DNA of 32,000 bases from Mycoplasma mycoides subsp. capri (GTDB taxonomy: Bacteria; Bacillota_I; Bacilli_A; Mycoplasmatales; Mycoplasmataceae): positions 720,001 through 752,000 of the forward strand of contig NZ_CP065581.1 in NCBI RefSeq assembly GCF_018389705.1, in the 5' to 3' direction. Below, one piece after another: positions 12,127-22,505 of this stretch. Both the position numbers and the translations under genes were made by a program. Under the pieces are notes generated by a model. It made no database searches. It had not been told where the DNA came from and saw only the letters and a program-made list of their open reading frames with translations. Every line of letters starts with the position of its first letter. Within the stretch, counting starts at the first letter, position 1.

Positions 12127-12804
12127 ATGAAAAAGTATATTATCGCTCCTTCAGTATTATCAGCTAATTTTATGGATCTAAAAAATGAATTAGAATTATG
12201 TAAAAAAAATAATATAAATTGAATTCATTATGATGTTATGGATTTTGATTTTGTTCCAAATTTAACTTTTGGTTCTAAAATTCTACACGATATTAAAAAA
12301 AATATTGATATTAATGTTGATGTGCATTTTATGGTTAGTGTTAAAACAAAACAATTTGAAGACTTTTTTTTAGATTATATAAAAGCAAAACCAGAAATGA
12401 TGACAATGCATATTGAATCATTAAAAGATGATAATACAATCAATAAATTTATTAATTTATGTAAACAAAATAATATTTTAGCTTCTTTAGCTATTTCACC
12501 AAAAACTGATGTTAGTTTAATTTATCCTTATTTAGATAAATTAGATAATGTCTTAGTTATGAGCGTTGAACCAGGGTTTGGTGGTCAAAAATTCATTTCA
12601 TCTAGTTTAGAAAAAATTCAAATTTTAGATCAATTAAGAAATACAAAAAATTATAAATACACTATTGAAGTTGATGGTGGAATTAATGAACAAACTTCAG
12701 TTTTAGTAAAACAAGCTGGAGTTGATATGATAGTAGCTGGTAGTTATTTATTTGGTAGCGATGATTTTACAAAAAGAGCAAAAGGATTATTTGATGAACT
12801 ATAA
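12127..12804 (+). CDS. rpe: Ribulose-phosphate 3-epimerase (225 aa)
   Basis: The N-terminus MKKYIIAPSVLSANFMDL..WIHYDVMD is joined through TGA (12220-12222) to track ORF 12238. MSVEPGFGGQKF and VDGGIN motifs are present. Confidence 0.9.
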
Positions 12805-13420
12805 AACTATTTTAATTGTTACAGCAAAAACTAATTTAAACCTTGAAATTTTTAACAACGATTCAACTTATGTTATTGGAGTTGAAAGAGGTTGTTTGGA
12901 TCTAATTAGTAGAAATATGAAAATTGATTATGCAATTGGAGATTTTGACAAAGTAACAGATCAAGAATTAGAACTAATTAAATCAAAAATAAAAAACGTT
13001 GAAATTTGAAGTCCTGAAAAAGATTATTTTGATGGTGAATTAGCTATTTTAAAAGGTTTAGAAGCTAGTAAAGATGCTAAAATTATTTTTATAGCTAATG
13101 CTACAAAAAGATATGATAAAAATTACTCTATCTTTCATTTTATTTTTAAATACGATCTTACTTTTATTAATGATGATTCGATTTTATTTAGATTTGATAA
13201 AGGAACAAATATTTTAAAATTTGAAGATTATCAAGATTATACTTATGTTAGTTTTATTGCAAAAGATAATACAAAAATCACAATTAAAGACCTTAAATAT
13301 GAGTGTGAAAATTTAAGTTTATCTGCATATAGTAATTCTTGTTTATCTAATGCTTTTTTACCTTATAAAGATGGAATTATTTGATCTAATAATCCAATAA
13401 TCTGCATATTAACAAAATAA
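12794..13420 (+). CDS. thiN: Thiamine pyrophosphokinase (208 aa)
   Basis: GDFDK motif, typical size, and position after rpe as in B. subtilis. The ATG at 12794 overlaps the rpe 3' end by 11 nt. The frame continues past TGA at 13007-13009 and 13382-13384 to TAA at 13418-13420. Confidence 0.7.
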
Positions 13421-13430
13421 TTATTTACAT

Positions 13431-13450
13431 TGCCTCACTAGAGGCATTTT
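13431..13450 (+). terminator. Rho-independent terminator closing the prpC-to-thiN operon
   Basis: tgcctc-acta-gaggca followed by tttt. This is the only GC-rich hairpin in this spacer, 11 nt after the stop. Confidence 0.55.
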
Positions 13451-13468
13451 CTAACTTTATAGTTTTTT

Positions 13469-13474
13469 TATAAT
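13469..13474 (+). promoter_or_regulatory. Candidate -10 box (TATAAT) for valS
   Basis: Perfect TATAAT 33 nt upstream of the valS ATG, with no convincing -35. The spacer is too short for a T-box leader. Confidence 0.3.
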
Positions 13475-13506
13475 GTTAAAATATTATATAGTTATCAAGG
13501 AGATAT

Positions 13507-16125
13507 ATGAAAAAACAATTAAATCCTAAATATGATCATCTTCAAGTTGAAAAAGACAAATATCAATATTGGTTAGATAAAAATTTATTTAAAGCTGATA
13601 TTAATTCTAATAAACCTAAATTTTCTATTATTTTACCTCCACCAAATGTTACTGGTAAATTACATATAGGACATGCATGAGATACTAGTTTACAAGATGC
13701 TATTATTAGATTTAAAAAATTAACTGGATATGATACTTTGTTTTTACCTGGTATGGATCATTCTGGAATTAGTACTCAAGTAAAAGTTGAAGCTAAATTA
13801 AAACAACAAGGTATAGATAAAAATAAACTAGGTAGAGAAAAATTTTTATTAGAAGCTTGAAAATGAAAAGAAGAATATGCAAACATTATTAGAAAACAAT
13901 GAGCTAAATTAGGTTTAAGTTTAGATTATTCAACTGAAAAATTTACTCTAGATGAAGATATTAATCAAATTGTTAAAGAAATATTTGTAAAGTTTTATAA
14001 TGATCAAATAATTTATAAAGACAAACAAATAGTTAATTGAGATCCAGAACAAAAAACTGCTATTTCTAATGTTGAAGTAATTTATAAAGAAACTCAAAGT
14101 AAAATGTATTATTTTAAATACATGCTAGAAGATTCTAATGAGTATTTAACAGTTGCTACAACTCGTCCTGAAACTATGTTTGCTGATCAATGTTTAGTTG
14201 TTAATCCAAATGATTCTAGATATCAAAAATATATTAATAAAAAAGTAATCAATCCAGTTAATAAACAAGTTATTCCAATTATAAGTGATGAATATGTTGA
14301 TATTGAGTTTGGAACTGGAGTTATGAAATGTACTCCTGCTCATGATTTAAATGACTATCATTTAGCAATTAAACATAATTTAAAAATGCCAATTTGTTTA
14401 AATATTGATGGTTCAGTTAATCATTTAGGTGGAAAATATCAAGGTTTAGATAGATTTGTTGCTAGAAAAGAAATCATTAAAAATGCAATTGATGAAGATT
14501 TGTTTGTAAAAGAAGAAGATATTATTAATCAAGTTGGATTTAGTGAAAGATCAAATGCTATTGTCGAACCATATTTATCTGATCAGTGATTTGTTAAAAT
14601 GGATAAATTTAAAAATATGGTAATTGATTTACAAAATTCAGATAATAAAATTAATTTTTATCCAAATAGATTTAGTGATGTTTTAAATAGATGAATGACT
14701 GATGCTCATGATTGATGTATTAGTAGACAATTATGATGAGGTCATCAAATTCCTTGTTGATATCACAAAAAAACTAATGAAATGTATGTTGGAATTAATC
14801 CACCAAGTGATATAGAAAATTGGACTCAAGATCAAGATGTTTTAGATACTTGATTTTCATCAGGATTATGAGCTTTTTCAACACTTTTAAATAATAAAGG
14901 CTTAGAAAGTGAATATTTTAAAAATTATTTTCCAACTAGTGTTTTAGTTACAGGATATGATATTATTTTCTTTTGAGTAGCTAGAATGATTTTTCAAACT
15001 TTAGAATATACAAAACAAATTCCATTTAAAGATGTTTTAATTCATGGGCTTGTAAGAGATGAATTAAATAGAAAAATGTCTAAATCTTTAGGTAATGGAA
15101 TAGATCCTATGGATGTTATTAATAATAATGGTTGTGATTCGTTAAGATTATTTTTATTAACTAATTCAACTCCAGGTCAAGACATTAGATATTCAAATGA
15201 AAAAATTTTAGCTAGTTGAAACTTTATAAATAAATTATGAAATGCAAGTAGATATGTGTTTTTAAATTTAGATGAAGATTTTAAATTTGATCAAAACTTT
15301 TATAAAACTGATTTAGAAATAACTAATCAGTGAATTTTAACAGAACTAAGTAAAACACAAGCTTATGTTTATAAAAAAATGAACAAATATGAGTTTAGTT
15401 TAGCTGGAAATCATCTTTGAGATTTTGTATGAAATAAATATTGTTCTTGATATATTGAATTTAGTAAAGTTAATTTAAATAATGATAAATTTAATCATCA
15501 AACTAAACAAACTTTATTTTATGTATTAAAAGAAATTTTAATTATGCTTCATCCTTTAATACCATTTGTAAGTGAAGAAATTTATTTAAATATGATGTTA
15601 AAAGAATCTATTCTTTTAGAACAATGAACTAATTTAAATTCTAATTATGATACAAGTTTTATTGATGATGTTATTAAAATGATTACAAGTATTAGAGAAT
15701 TTAGAAATACTAAAAATATTAAAAATGACGTTTGTTTATCAGTAAATATTTCAAATACTAATCAAAATCATACAAAATTGTTTAAAAAACATTTTGATCA
15801 AATCTATAGTTTTTTAATTAATTTTTGTAATACTAAATTAGTTGATGAAGCTATTAAAAATAAGACTAGTTTATCAATTGATGAATATTTTATTGAAATT
15901 GCAAATGATTCATTTATTAATAAAAATGAACTAATAAAAGAATTAGAACAAAAACAAAATCATTTAAATAATGAAATAACTAGAAGCCAAAAAATCTTAA
16001 ATAACCAAGAATTTATAAAAAAAGCAAAACCTAAAAAAATTCAATCAGAAAAAATAAAATATCAAAATTATTTAGATCAATTACAAGCAATTAAAGACAA
16101 ATTAAAAGAATTAAAAAATGATTAA
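13507..16125 (+). CDS. valS: Valine-tRNA ligase (872 aa)
   Basis: HIGH-type motif (LHIGHAW), KMSKS, and DWCISRQLWWGHQIPCWY with its Trp residues encoded by TGA. C-terminal coiled coil. Four track fragments (14104, 14986, 15679, plus the unlisted 5' part) share one frame, and I read all the gaps. SD AAGGAG. Confidence 0.95.
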
Positions 16126-16151
16126 AAATCTCTTTTAAAAGAGATTTTTTT
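16126..16151 (+). terminator. Rho-independent terminator after valS
   Basis: aaatctctt (16126-16134) pairs with aagagattt (16139-16147). The loop is 4 nt and a T-run follows to 16151. Confidence 0.65.
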
Positions 16152-16235
16152 ATTATGTATTCTAAAGTTGATGATTTTAGCTATTTTCTATAATAACAAG
16201 TATCTAAGATATAATTAAATTAGTTAGGAAATATT

Positions 16236-17033
16236 ATGAAATATAGTTTTATAACAAACAAATATGAAGAATCAAGTGATATTGTAGATGAATTATTAAA
16301 CATATTAAAAAACACTGATTTTAAAAAAGATCAAAATAATCCTGATATTTGTTTTGTAATTGGTGGGGATGGTACTTTTTTACATGCTGTTCATAAATAT
16401 CAATCTATTTTAGATAAATTGATTTTTATTCCAATTAAATTTGGGGGAATTGGATTTTATACTAATAAAAACAGAGTTGATGATTTAAAAAAAATTGATT
16501 TAAATAAAATTATTGAACAACCAAATATTACTGAATTAGGACTAATTGAAGTTAATTATGATGATCAAAAAGTTTATGCAATTAATGAAATAAAAATTAC
16601 TAACCAAGTAAGACCATTAAATTTAGATATTTATATTAATAATGAATTTTTAGAACAATTTAAAGGAACTGGTTTAGTTTTTTCAACACCAAGCGGATCT
16701 ACTGGATTTATGAAATCAGCAAATGGAGCTATTATTTATCCTGTAGTTTCACTTTTTGAAATGCAAGAATTAATGCCAATATCAACAAATAAATTCAGGA
16801 CTTTAAACGCTCCGATTATTTTTTCAGATAATGAACATATCACTTTAAAATTAGAAGATTTGAACAATGTCACTTTAAGTGCTGATACTTATGAATATCA
16901 ATTTAAAAATAAAGAACTTTTAATTAAATTAAGTAGAAAAAAAATTAAGTTATTAAATTTAAATAAAGATAAATTCAATAAAATAAAAATTTTAAGAGAT
17001 ATTTTTGTTTTAAATGACAAAACAAAAAATTAA
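16236..17033 (+). CDS. nadK: NAD kinase (265 aa)
   Basis: Intact ORF with the GGDGTFLH motif, an NE..I motif and a TPSGSTG-like segment (STPSGSTGF). Confidence 0.9.
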   Translation: MKYSFITNKYEESSDIVDELLNILKNTDFKKDQNNPDICFVIGGDGTFLHAVHKYQSILDKLIFIPIKFGGIGFYTNKNRVDDLKKIDLNKIIEQPNITELGLIEVNYDDQKVYAINEIKITNQVRPLNLDIYINNEFLEQFKGTGLVFSTPSGSTGFMKSANGAIIYPVVSLFEMQELMPISTNKFRTLNAPIIFSDNEHITLKLEDLNNVTLSADTYEYQFKNKELLIKLSRKKIKLLNLNKDKFNKIKILRDIFVLNDKTKN

Positions 17034-17044
17034 ATAGGAGAAAA

Positions 17045-17764
17045 ATGAAACCATTAGTTGTTATTACTGGAGCAAGTTCTGGAATCGGATTAGCTTGTGC
17101 AAAATATTTTTCAAATAAAGGTTATCCTTTATTAATACTTGCAAGAAGAAAAGAAATATTAGATAATTTAAATTTGCCAAACACAATCACAGCAAAAGTT
17201 GATGTTAGAGATTTTAATCAATTAAATGATGCAGTTAAAAAAGCAGAAAATATTTATGGTCCAGTTGATTTATTAATTAATAATGCTGGAATTATGCCAA
17301 TGGATCAATATGTTGATCAAAGTTTAGAAGATAAATATAATACTTTAGATGTCAATATTAAAGGTGTTATTAATGGAATGGATGCTGTTTTAAAAAGTAT
17401 GTTAAAACAAAATCGCGGAACAATAGTTAATATTTCAAGTGTTGCTGGAAGATATACTTATGCTGATCATTCTATTTATAATGGATCAAAATTTGCTATT
17501 AATGCAATTACAGAACAAGTTAGAAGAGAATTAAGTGATACTAATATTAGATTTAGTTTAATTGAACCTGCAATTGTTGATACTAATTTATTATCAACAA
17601 CTAAAAATCAAAAAATTTTAGATAGTTATATAGCAAGAAAAAATAGTTTAAATGGTGGTTTAAAACCAGAACAACTAGCTGAAGTTATTTATTATATTTA
17701 CTCATTACCTCAAGATGTAGTAATTCCTGAATTAATGATTTCTCATACTAATCAAAAAGTTTAG
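17045..17764 (+). CDS. Short-chain dehydrogenase/reductase, classical SDR, copy 1 (239 aa)
   Basis: TGASSGIG cofactor motif, NNAG, and the Ser..YxxxK pattern (SSVAG..YNGSK). SD TAGGAG. Paralogue of 24899..25621. Confidence 0.85.
   Translation: MKPLVVITGASSGIGLACAKYFSNKGYPLLILARRKEILDNLNLPNTITAKVDVRDFNQLNDAVKKAENIYGPVDLLINNAGIMPMDQYVDQSLEDKYNTLDVNIKGVINGMDAVLKSMLKQNRGTIVNISSVAGRYTYADHSIYNGSKFAINAITEQVRRELSDTNIRFSLIEPAIVDTNLLSTTKNQKILDSYIARKNSLNGGLKPEQLAEVIYYIYSLPQDVVIPELMISHTNQKV
17360..17414 (+). repeat. 55-nt tract identical to 25214..25268 (inside SDR copy 1)
   Basis: Base-by-base comparison shows aaaggtgttattaatggaatggatgctgttttaaaaagtatgttaaaacaaaatc in both copies. After 2 mismatches there are 29 further identical nt. 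Confidence 0.9.
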
Positions 17765-17889
17765 ACTTAATTTATAACTAGAAAAATATTTTAAATAAAT
17801 TTAAATATATATTATTAGATTTATAATATATATTAGTTTTTTAATTGCTTTTAGATATTTAAAATAATAATAATTGAAAGGACAATATA

Positions 17890-19641
17890 ATGCCAGATAT
17901 TAAATTTACTGCTCTGGGCGGTCAAGATGAAAGAGGAAAAAATCTATATGTTTTAGAAATAGATAATGATTTTTTTATTCTTGATGCTGGAGTTAAATAT
18001 CCTGAAAAAGATATTTTAGGAATTGATACAGTGATTCCTAAATTTGACTATATTAAACAAAATAAAAAAAAGATAAAAGGAATTTTTTTAACAAATCCTA
18101 GTGCTTATAATATGGGAGCAGTTCCGTATTTATTAAAAGAAATTGAAGCTCCAATTTATTGTAATGAAATTACAGAATTGATTGCAAAAATTAAATTTCA
18201 AAAATTAAGACTAAAAAATAAAGATCACATTTTAAAAGTAGTTCATGATAAAGATATTTTAAAAATTGGAAACACTAAAGTTGAGATTTTTAGAACAACT
18301 TCATCTTCACCACAATCATTTGGATATGTTTTTCATACTGAATTAGGTTCAATTGTTTATGCTGGTGATTATATAATTGATGGAAAAGAACAATCTTATT
18401 TTTCAACTGATTATACTCATTTATCTCAAATTGCAAAAAATGGGGTTTTAGCTTTAATTAGTGATGCTGAATTCGCTTCAAGAAAAGACTTTACAGTTCC
18501 AAACCATAAAATAGATAAATATATTCTTGCTCCATTTAAAGAAAAAAAGACAAAAATTATTGTTGCTATTTTTGAAGAAGACATTCATAAGTTAAGTCAA
18601 ATATGTATGGCTGCAAAAGAAAATAATAGAAAAATTGCAGTTTATGGAAGAACAATGGATGCTGTTTTAAGATCTAATTTAATTCATGAAAATCTAGTTA
18701 TAAAACCAGAAGATTTGATGTCAATTCAAGAATATGTAAACTCAGATAATGGGGTTTTAATTATTTCAGGAACAGGTGATGATCTTTATTCAAAACTAGC
18801 AAAAATTGCTACTTCAAATGATAGTTTAGTTGAGTTTACTGAAAAAGATTTAATTATTTTAACAAATACTCCAGTTGCTGGTGTTGAAAAACGTCATGCA
18901 CAAATTTTAGATGAGCTCGCAAGAACTGATGCTAGATTATTAGCTTTAAGTGATAAAAATATTTGATCTATGAGAGCAAGTTATGAAGATATTAAAATGT
19001 TAACTTCTATATTAAATCCAAAATATTTTATTCCGGTTAAAGCTTTATATAAAGATTTTTTAAATGCTGAAAAAGCAGCTATTGAAGCTGGAGTTAATAA
19101 TCAAAATATCGGAATTATTGATAATGGTGAAATTTTAAAACTATCAAAAAATCATTTAGCAATATCAGAACATAGTGCTGAACATGGAAATGTGTATGTT
19201 GATGGTTCTGGAATTGGAGATGTTGGATCAATAGTTTTAAATGAAAGAAAACAATTAGCTACTGATGGAGTAATTATAGTTGGAGCAACTATTGATAGTA
19301 GAAATAAAGAATTAATTTCTCTAATTGATACACAAATGCGTGGAGTATTATATATTCAAGAAGATAATCCTATTTTTAAAATTTTACAAAGAGAAATCAC
19401 TAATTTAATACTAGAAGGACAAGCTTTATACAAAAAAGAACCAAAAAAATATGATTTAAATGAAATCAAAAAAGACATAACATCTAAAATTAAACAATTA
19501 ATCAAACAAGAATCAGGAAAAACTCCTATTGTTTTAGTAATTATTAATGAATCTGATGGTAAGGCTTATGTTCCTAGAAACAATAAAAAAAGATATAACA
19601 ATAATAACAAAAGCACTAAATCTAAAAAAGATAAATCATAA
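17890..19641 (+). CDS. rnjB: RNase J-family protein (beta-CASP metallo-beta-lactamase fold) with a degenerate active site (583 aa)
   Basis: It aligns along its whole length with B. subtilis RNase J1 as I recall that sequence: LGG..E.GKN, LDAG.K.PE, GID..IP, IKG.F.T, VPYLL, FRTT, GD, VYVDGSGIGD. Track ORFs 17890 and 18970 are joined through TGA at 18964-18966. The symbol is assigned from synteny memory (valS-nadK-SDR-rnjB) and is tentative. Confidence 0.8.
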
Positions 19642-19659
19642 TCTGGTTTATCTTTTTTT
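19625..19659 (+). terminator. Weak AT-rich hairpin terminator overlapping the end of the RNase J gene
   Basis: aaaaagataaa (19625-19635) pairs with tttatcttttt (19647-19657). The loop is 11 nt and a T-run follows. There is only one G:C pair, so it is weak. Confidence 0.4.
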
Positions 19660-19746
19660 ATAAAAATGAAATTATATTTTAAGTAAAAAAAATTATAGAT
19701 ATGTCAGTTATATAATTAAATTGGATTATAAAATTGGTACAAAATT

Positions 19747-21369
19747 ATGAATGATGAAAAGAAAATGTCGTTAAAAGAATTCATTTGAATGGGTTTTAAC
19801 TACACAGTTGGTGTTGGATTTATAGGTAATTTGGCAATATTTTCTAATATTGTTGATAGTAAAGGTAATATTAATGTTCAATCTACAGGATTGCATATTT
19901 TTTGAATATTTGGATTATTAGGATTTATAGCTTCAATTTGTGCATTAGCATTTGCTAAACTTTCAACTATTCATAAATCTGATAATAATGGTGGGACTTA
20001 TTTATATGCAAGAACTGCTTTTGGAAGATTTACTGGATTAATGGTTGCATTTATTCAATATGTAATGTTGCCATTTATTATTGCATATCAAATTTGAGGA
20101 CTTTTAAAAACTTTTTTATTAACTGATTTATCAGGATTAGATTGATGATTTGATAAAATTCCAAGTCTTGGTAATTGAAGTTCATTAGTTTTAGATGTTT
20201 TAGGTATTATTATATATTTTGCATTTGCATTAGTGATATTTGGTGGGATGAAATGATTTAAAAAAATGGCAAATTATTCATCAGCTGTAAAATGAGCAAC
20301 TTCTTTTGTTTTAATTTTAGCTGGTATAGTTATGGCTTTTATGAATGGTTCATCAAACTATCAAATGTGAAATCATAATTATAATGAATCAATACATGGT
20401 TTGAGTTTTAATGCTTTTTCAAAGGCATTTGTTTCTTGTTTTTTCTTTTTTTCAGGGTTTGAATCATTTGCAACAGCAGGTAAAAATATTAAAGATCCAG
20501 AAAAAAATCTAGCTAAAGGAATTATGATCACAATGTTAGTTTCTTCAATATTTTATATTGTGATTATGGCTATTTTCTTTGCAGCAGTTAATCCAAAACA
20601 AGGGTTTAGTCAAAATATGACAACTGGATTATGAAATATGCATCCTATTAGTCAAATAAAATGATTATCTGTTTTAGGTGTTGTTATTATGTTTATTTCA
20701 CAAATTGCACTAAGAGCAAATACTTCAGTGCAAAATGCTTTATATGGTGGAACAATGCTTCAACCTATGGCTGTTGAAGGATTTATCTCAGAAAAATATA
20801 ACAAATTAAATAAAGATAATATTCCTGTTAAAGCATCATTATTAAATATTTATGTAATTTTATTAGTTTCATTTATTTGATTAATTATTCCAGATATTAT
20901 TTATGGTTTTCAAAAACCTGGAACTAAATTGATTTTTAATGTAGCTCAATTAACAGAAGCTTCAAGTGCTATTATTATTTCTTTATATATTATTAGTGTT
21001 TTAGCTTTAATAAAAACTGCTATTTTAAAATATATTAAATTACGTATTTGAGAATGAATTAGTTTTAGTTTTGCTTTAATATTATTAATTGTGTTATTCT
21101 TTTATCACTATTATGCATTATTTGATGTGATTGTAAAATATGCTAATAAAAATTCAAATATTGAATTAGAAGATTTAATAGGAGCTATTGTTGAGTTATT
21201 ATTTGTAATAATTTCACTAACATTTGCAATCATTTGATACTTTACTTATTATAATAAAAAATTAAAACAAAGACTTTCAACTACACAAGGTAGAAAACTA
21301 CAAGAACAACTAGATGCTGAATTTGTATTAATTAATACACAAAAACCTTACATAAGAACAAAAAAATAG
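19747..21369 (+). CDS. APC-superfamily amino acid/polyamine permease (540 aa)
   Basis: Polytopic hydrophobic protein with an N-terminal FNYTVGVGFIG and a G(F)ESF..AGKNIKDPEKN motif typical of APC permeases. Fragments 20401 and 20689 and the unlisted parts share one frame. I read the whole gene and found more than 15 in-frame TGA codons and no TAA or TAG. Stop is TAG at 21367-21369. Confidence 0.85.
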
Positions 21370-21401
21370 CTAATTCTTTAAATAGTAATTAGCTATTTTT
21401 T
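21362..21401 (+). terminator. Rho-independent terminator after the permease
   Basis: aaaaatagctaatt pairs with aattagctattttt. The core stem is 21367-21375 with 21387-21395, the loop is 11 nt, and T6 follows. Confidence 0.6.
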
Positions 21402-21434
21402 ATAATTTAATTAAAATAATAAAGAGAGAAGTTT

Positions 21435-22496
21435 ATGAAAAAAATCAAAAAAGATCAAAATTTTAAATCTAAAATGTTTTTAATTTATAAAACAGATTTT
21501 AAAAAAACTAAAATAATTGCAATCCTAATGTTAGTGTTTTTAATTATTAGTATGTTTAGACTAACTTTAGTTGGCCAATTTTTAGATGATCTTTTATTTT
21601 CTTTTTTATTTGGTTGATTTAAATATTTATTATACTTTTGACTTTTTTTTATTAATTTTTGTTTATTTAAAAAACTTTTAATTTCAGTTAAATGAAAACA
21701 ATTTTTAAAAACTAGCTTTTTTATAATGATTTTAGCTAGTTTTTTAACATTAAATTTTTTAATTATACAATTTGTTAATAATCAAACAAAAACAGATAAT
21801 TTTAATATTTATGCTTTATGACAAAATGATATTTTATTACAAGTTATTAAATTTTATGATTATCATTGATATCAAAACTCAATCTTTTTAATAGATTTTA
21901 AAAATTGAATAAATTATTTTTTTAATACAAATACTTATTTTAATTTATATTTATTTGGTGGATTTATTTCTTATTTAGTTTGTGGAATTATTTGATATAC
22001 AACTTTACCAGCAGCTTATTTAACTTTAGTTATTTTAATAATTATTAATTTAGTATGACTTAAAACTAATGATCCATTTTATCTATTTAAAAATAAAAAA
22101 AATTTAGTTAAAACTACAACTAATTTAAATAATAAAATTATTACTAATAACCAAAATAATGATCAAAAGTTAGTAATTTTTGAAAATAAATTAGATGATG
22201 ATTTAAAACAACCAGTTTATAAAAACGAAGAAAACAATTTATTAACTAACTTAGAAAATGTATTTTTAGATACAAACTTTATTGATAAAATGCTTTTTTT
22301 AAAACTAGAGCAAACTAATTTTAATAAAGATGAGATTTTTGAAAATAAAAATAAAACAAATATAACTGATCAGTTTAAACAAAATCACAAATCAGGAATT
22401 TTAACAGATAGTGAGATTAGTCCTTTTAAAAGAAATAAACCAGTTAAAAAAATTAGTGATAATGACTTTTTTAATGAGTTATTTGATGAAAAGTAG
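21435..22496 (+). CDS. Membrane protein resembling the FtsK/SpoIIIE N-terminal 4TM domain, with no motor domain (353 aa)
   Basis: ORFs 21435 and 22290 are joined in frame, and I read 21618-22289 (TGA only). There are five hydrophobic segments. LTLVGQFLDDLLFSFLFGWFKYLL and LFGGFISYLVCGII resemble the LGVVGQ...F.GEW and GGG.IG elements of the SpoIIIE/FtsK N-termini as I recall them. A 130-aa N/K/D-rich tail ends at TAG 22494-22496. No Walker motifs are present. Confidence 0.55.
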
Positions 22497-22505
22497 GTAA
22501 AGATT

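Noticed and set aside
12752-12793. The upstream start given by the track for the thiamine pyrophosphokinase ORF (MVAMILQKEQKDYL...)
   Set aside because: That extension lies entirely inside rpe in another frame. The ATG at 12794 gives the usual N-terminus directly before the first beta-strand (ILIVTA), so the shorter form is preferred. The choice remains unproven.
13421-13506. Possible T-box leader upstream of valS, or a TPP riboswitch near the thiamine pyrophosphokinase gene
   Set aside because: The valS spacer is only 86 nt and is already occupied by a terminator and a -10 box, with no specifier-loop or T-box sequence. The TPK gene overlaps rpe, so it has no leader at all.
13507-16125. Reading the split ORFs (valS in 4 pieces, the ATPase in 3-4, RNase J in 2, and so on) as pseudogenes or frameshifted genes
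   Set aside because: All pieces of each gene share one frame. Every interruption is TGA, and several fall on conserved Trp positions. This is code 4, not gene decay.
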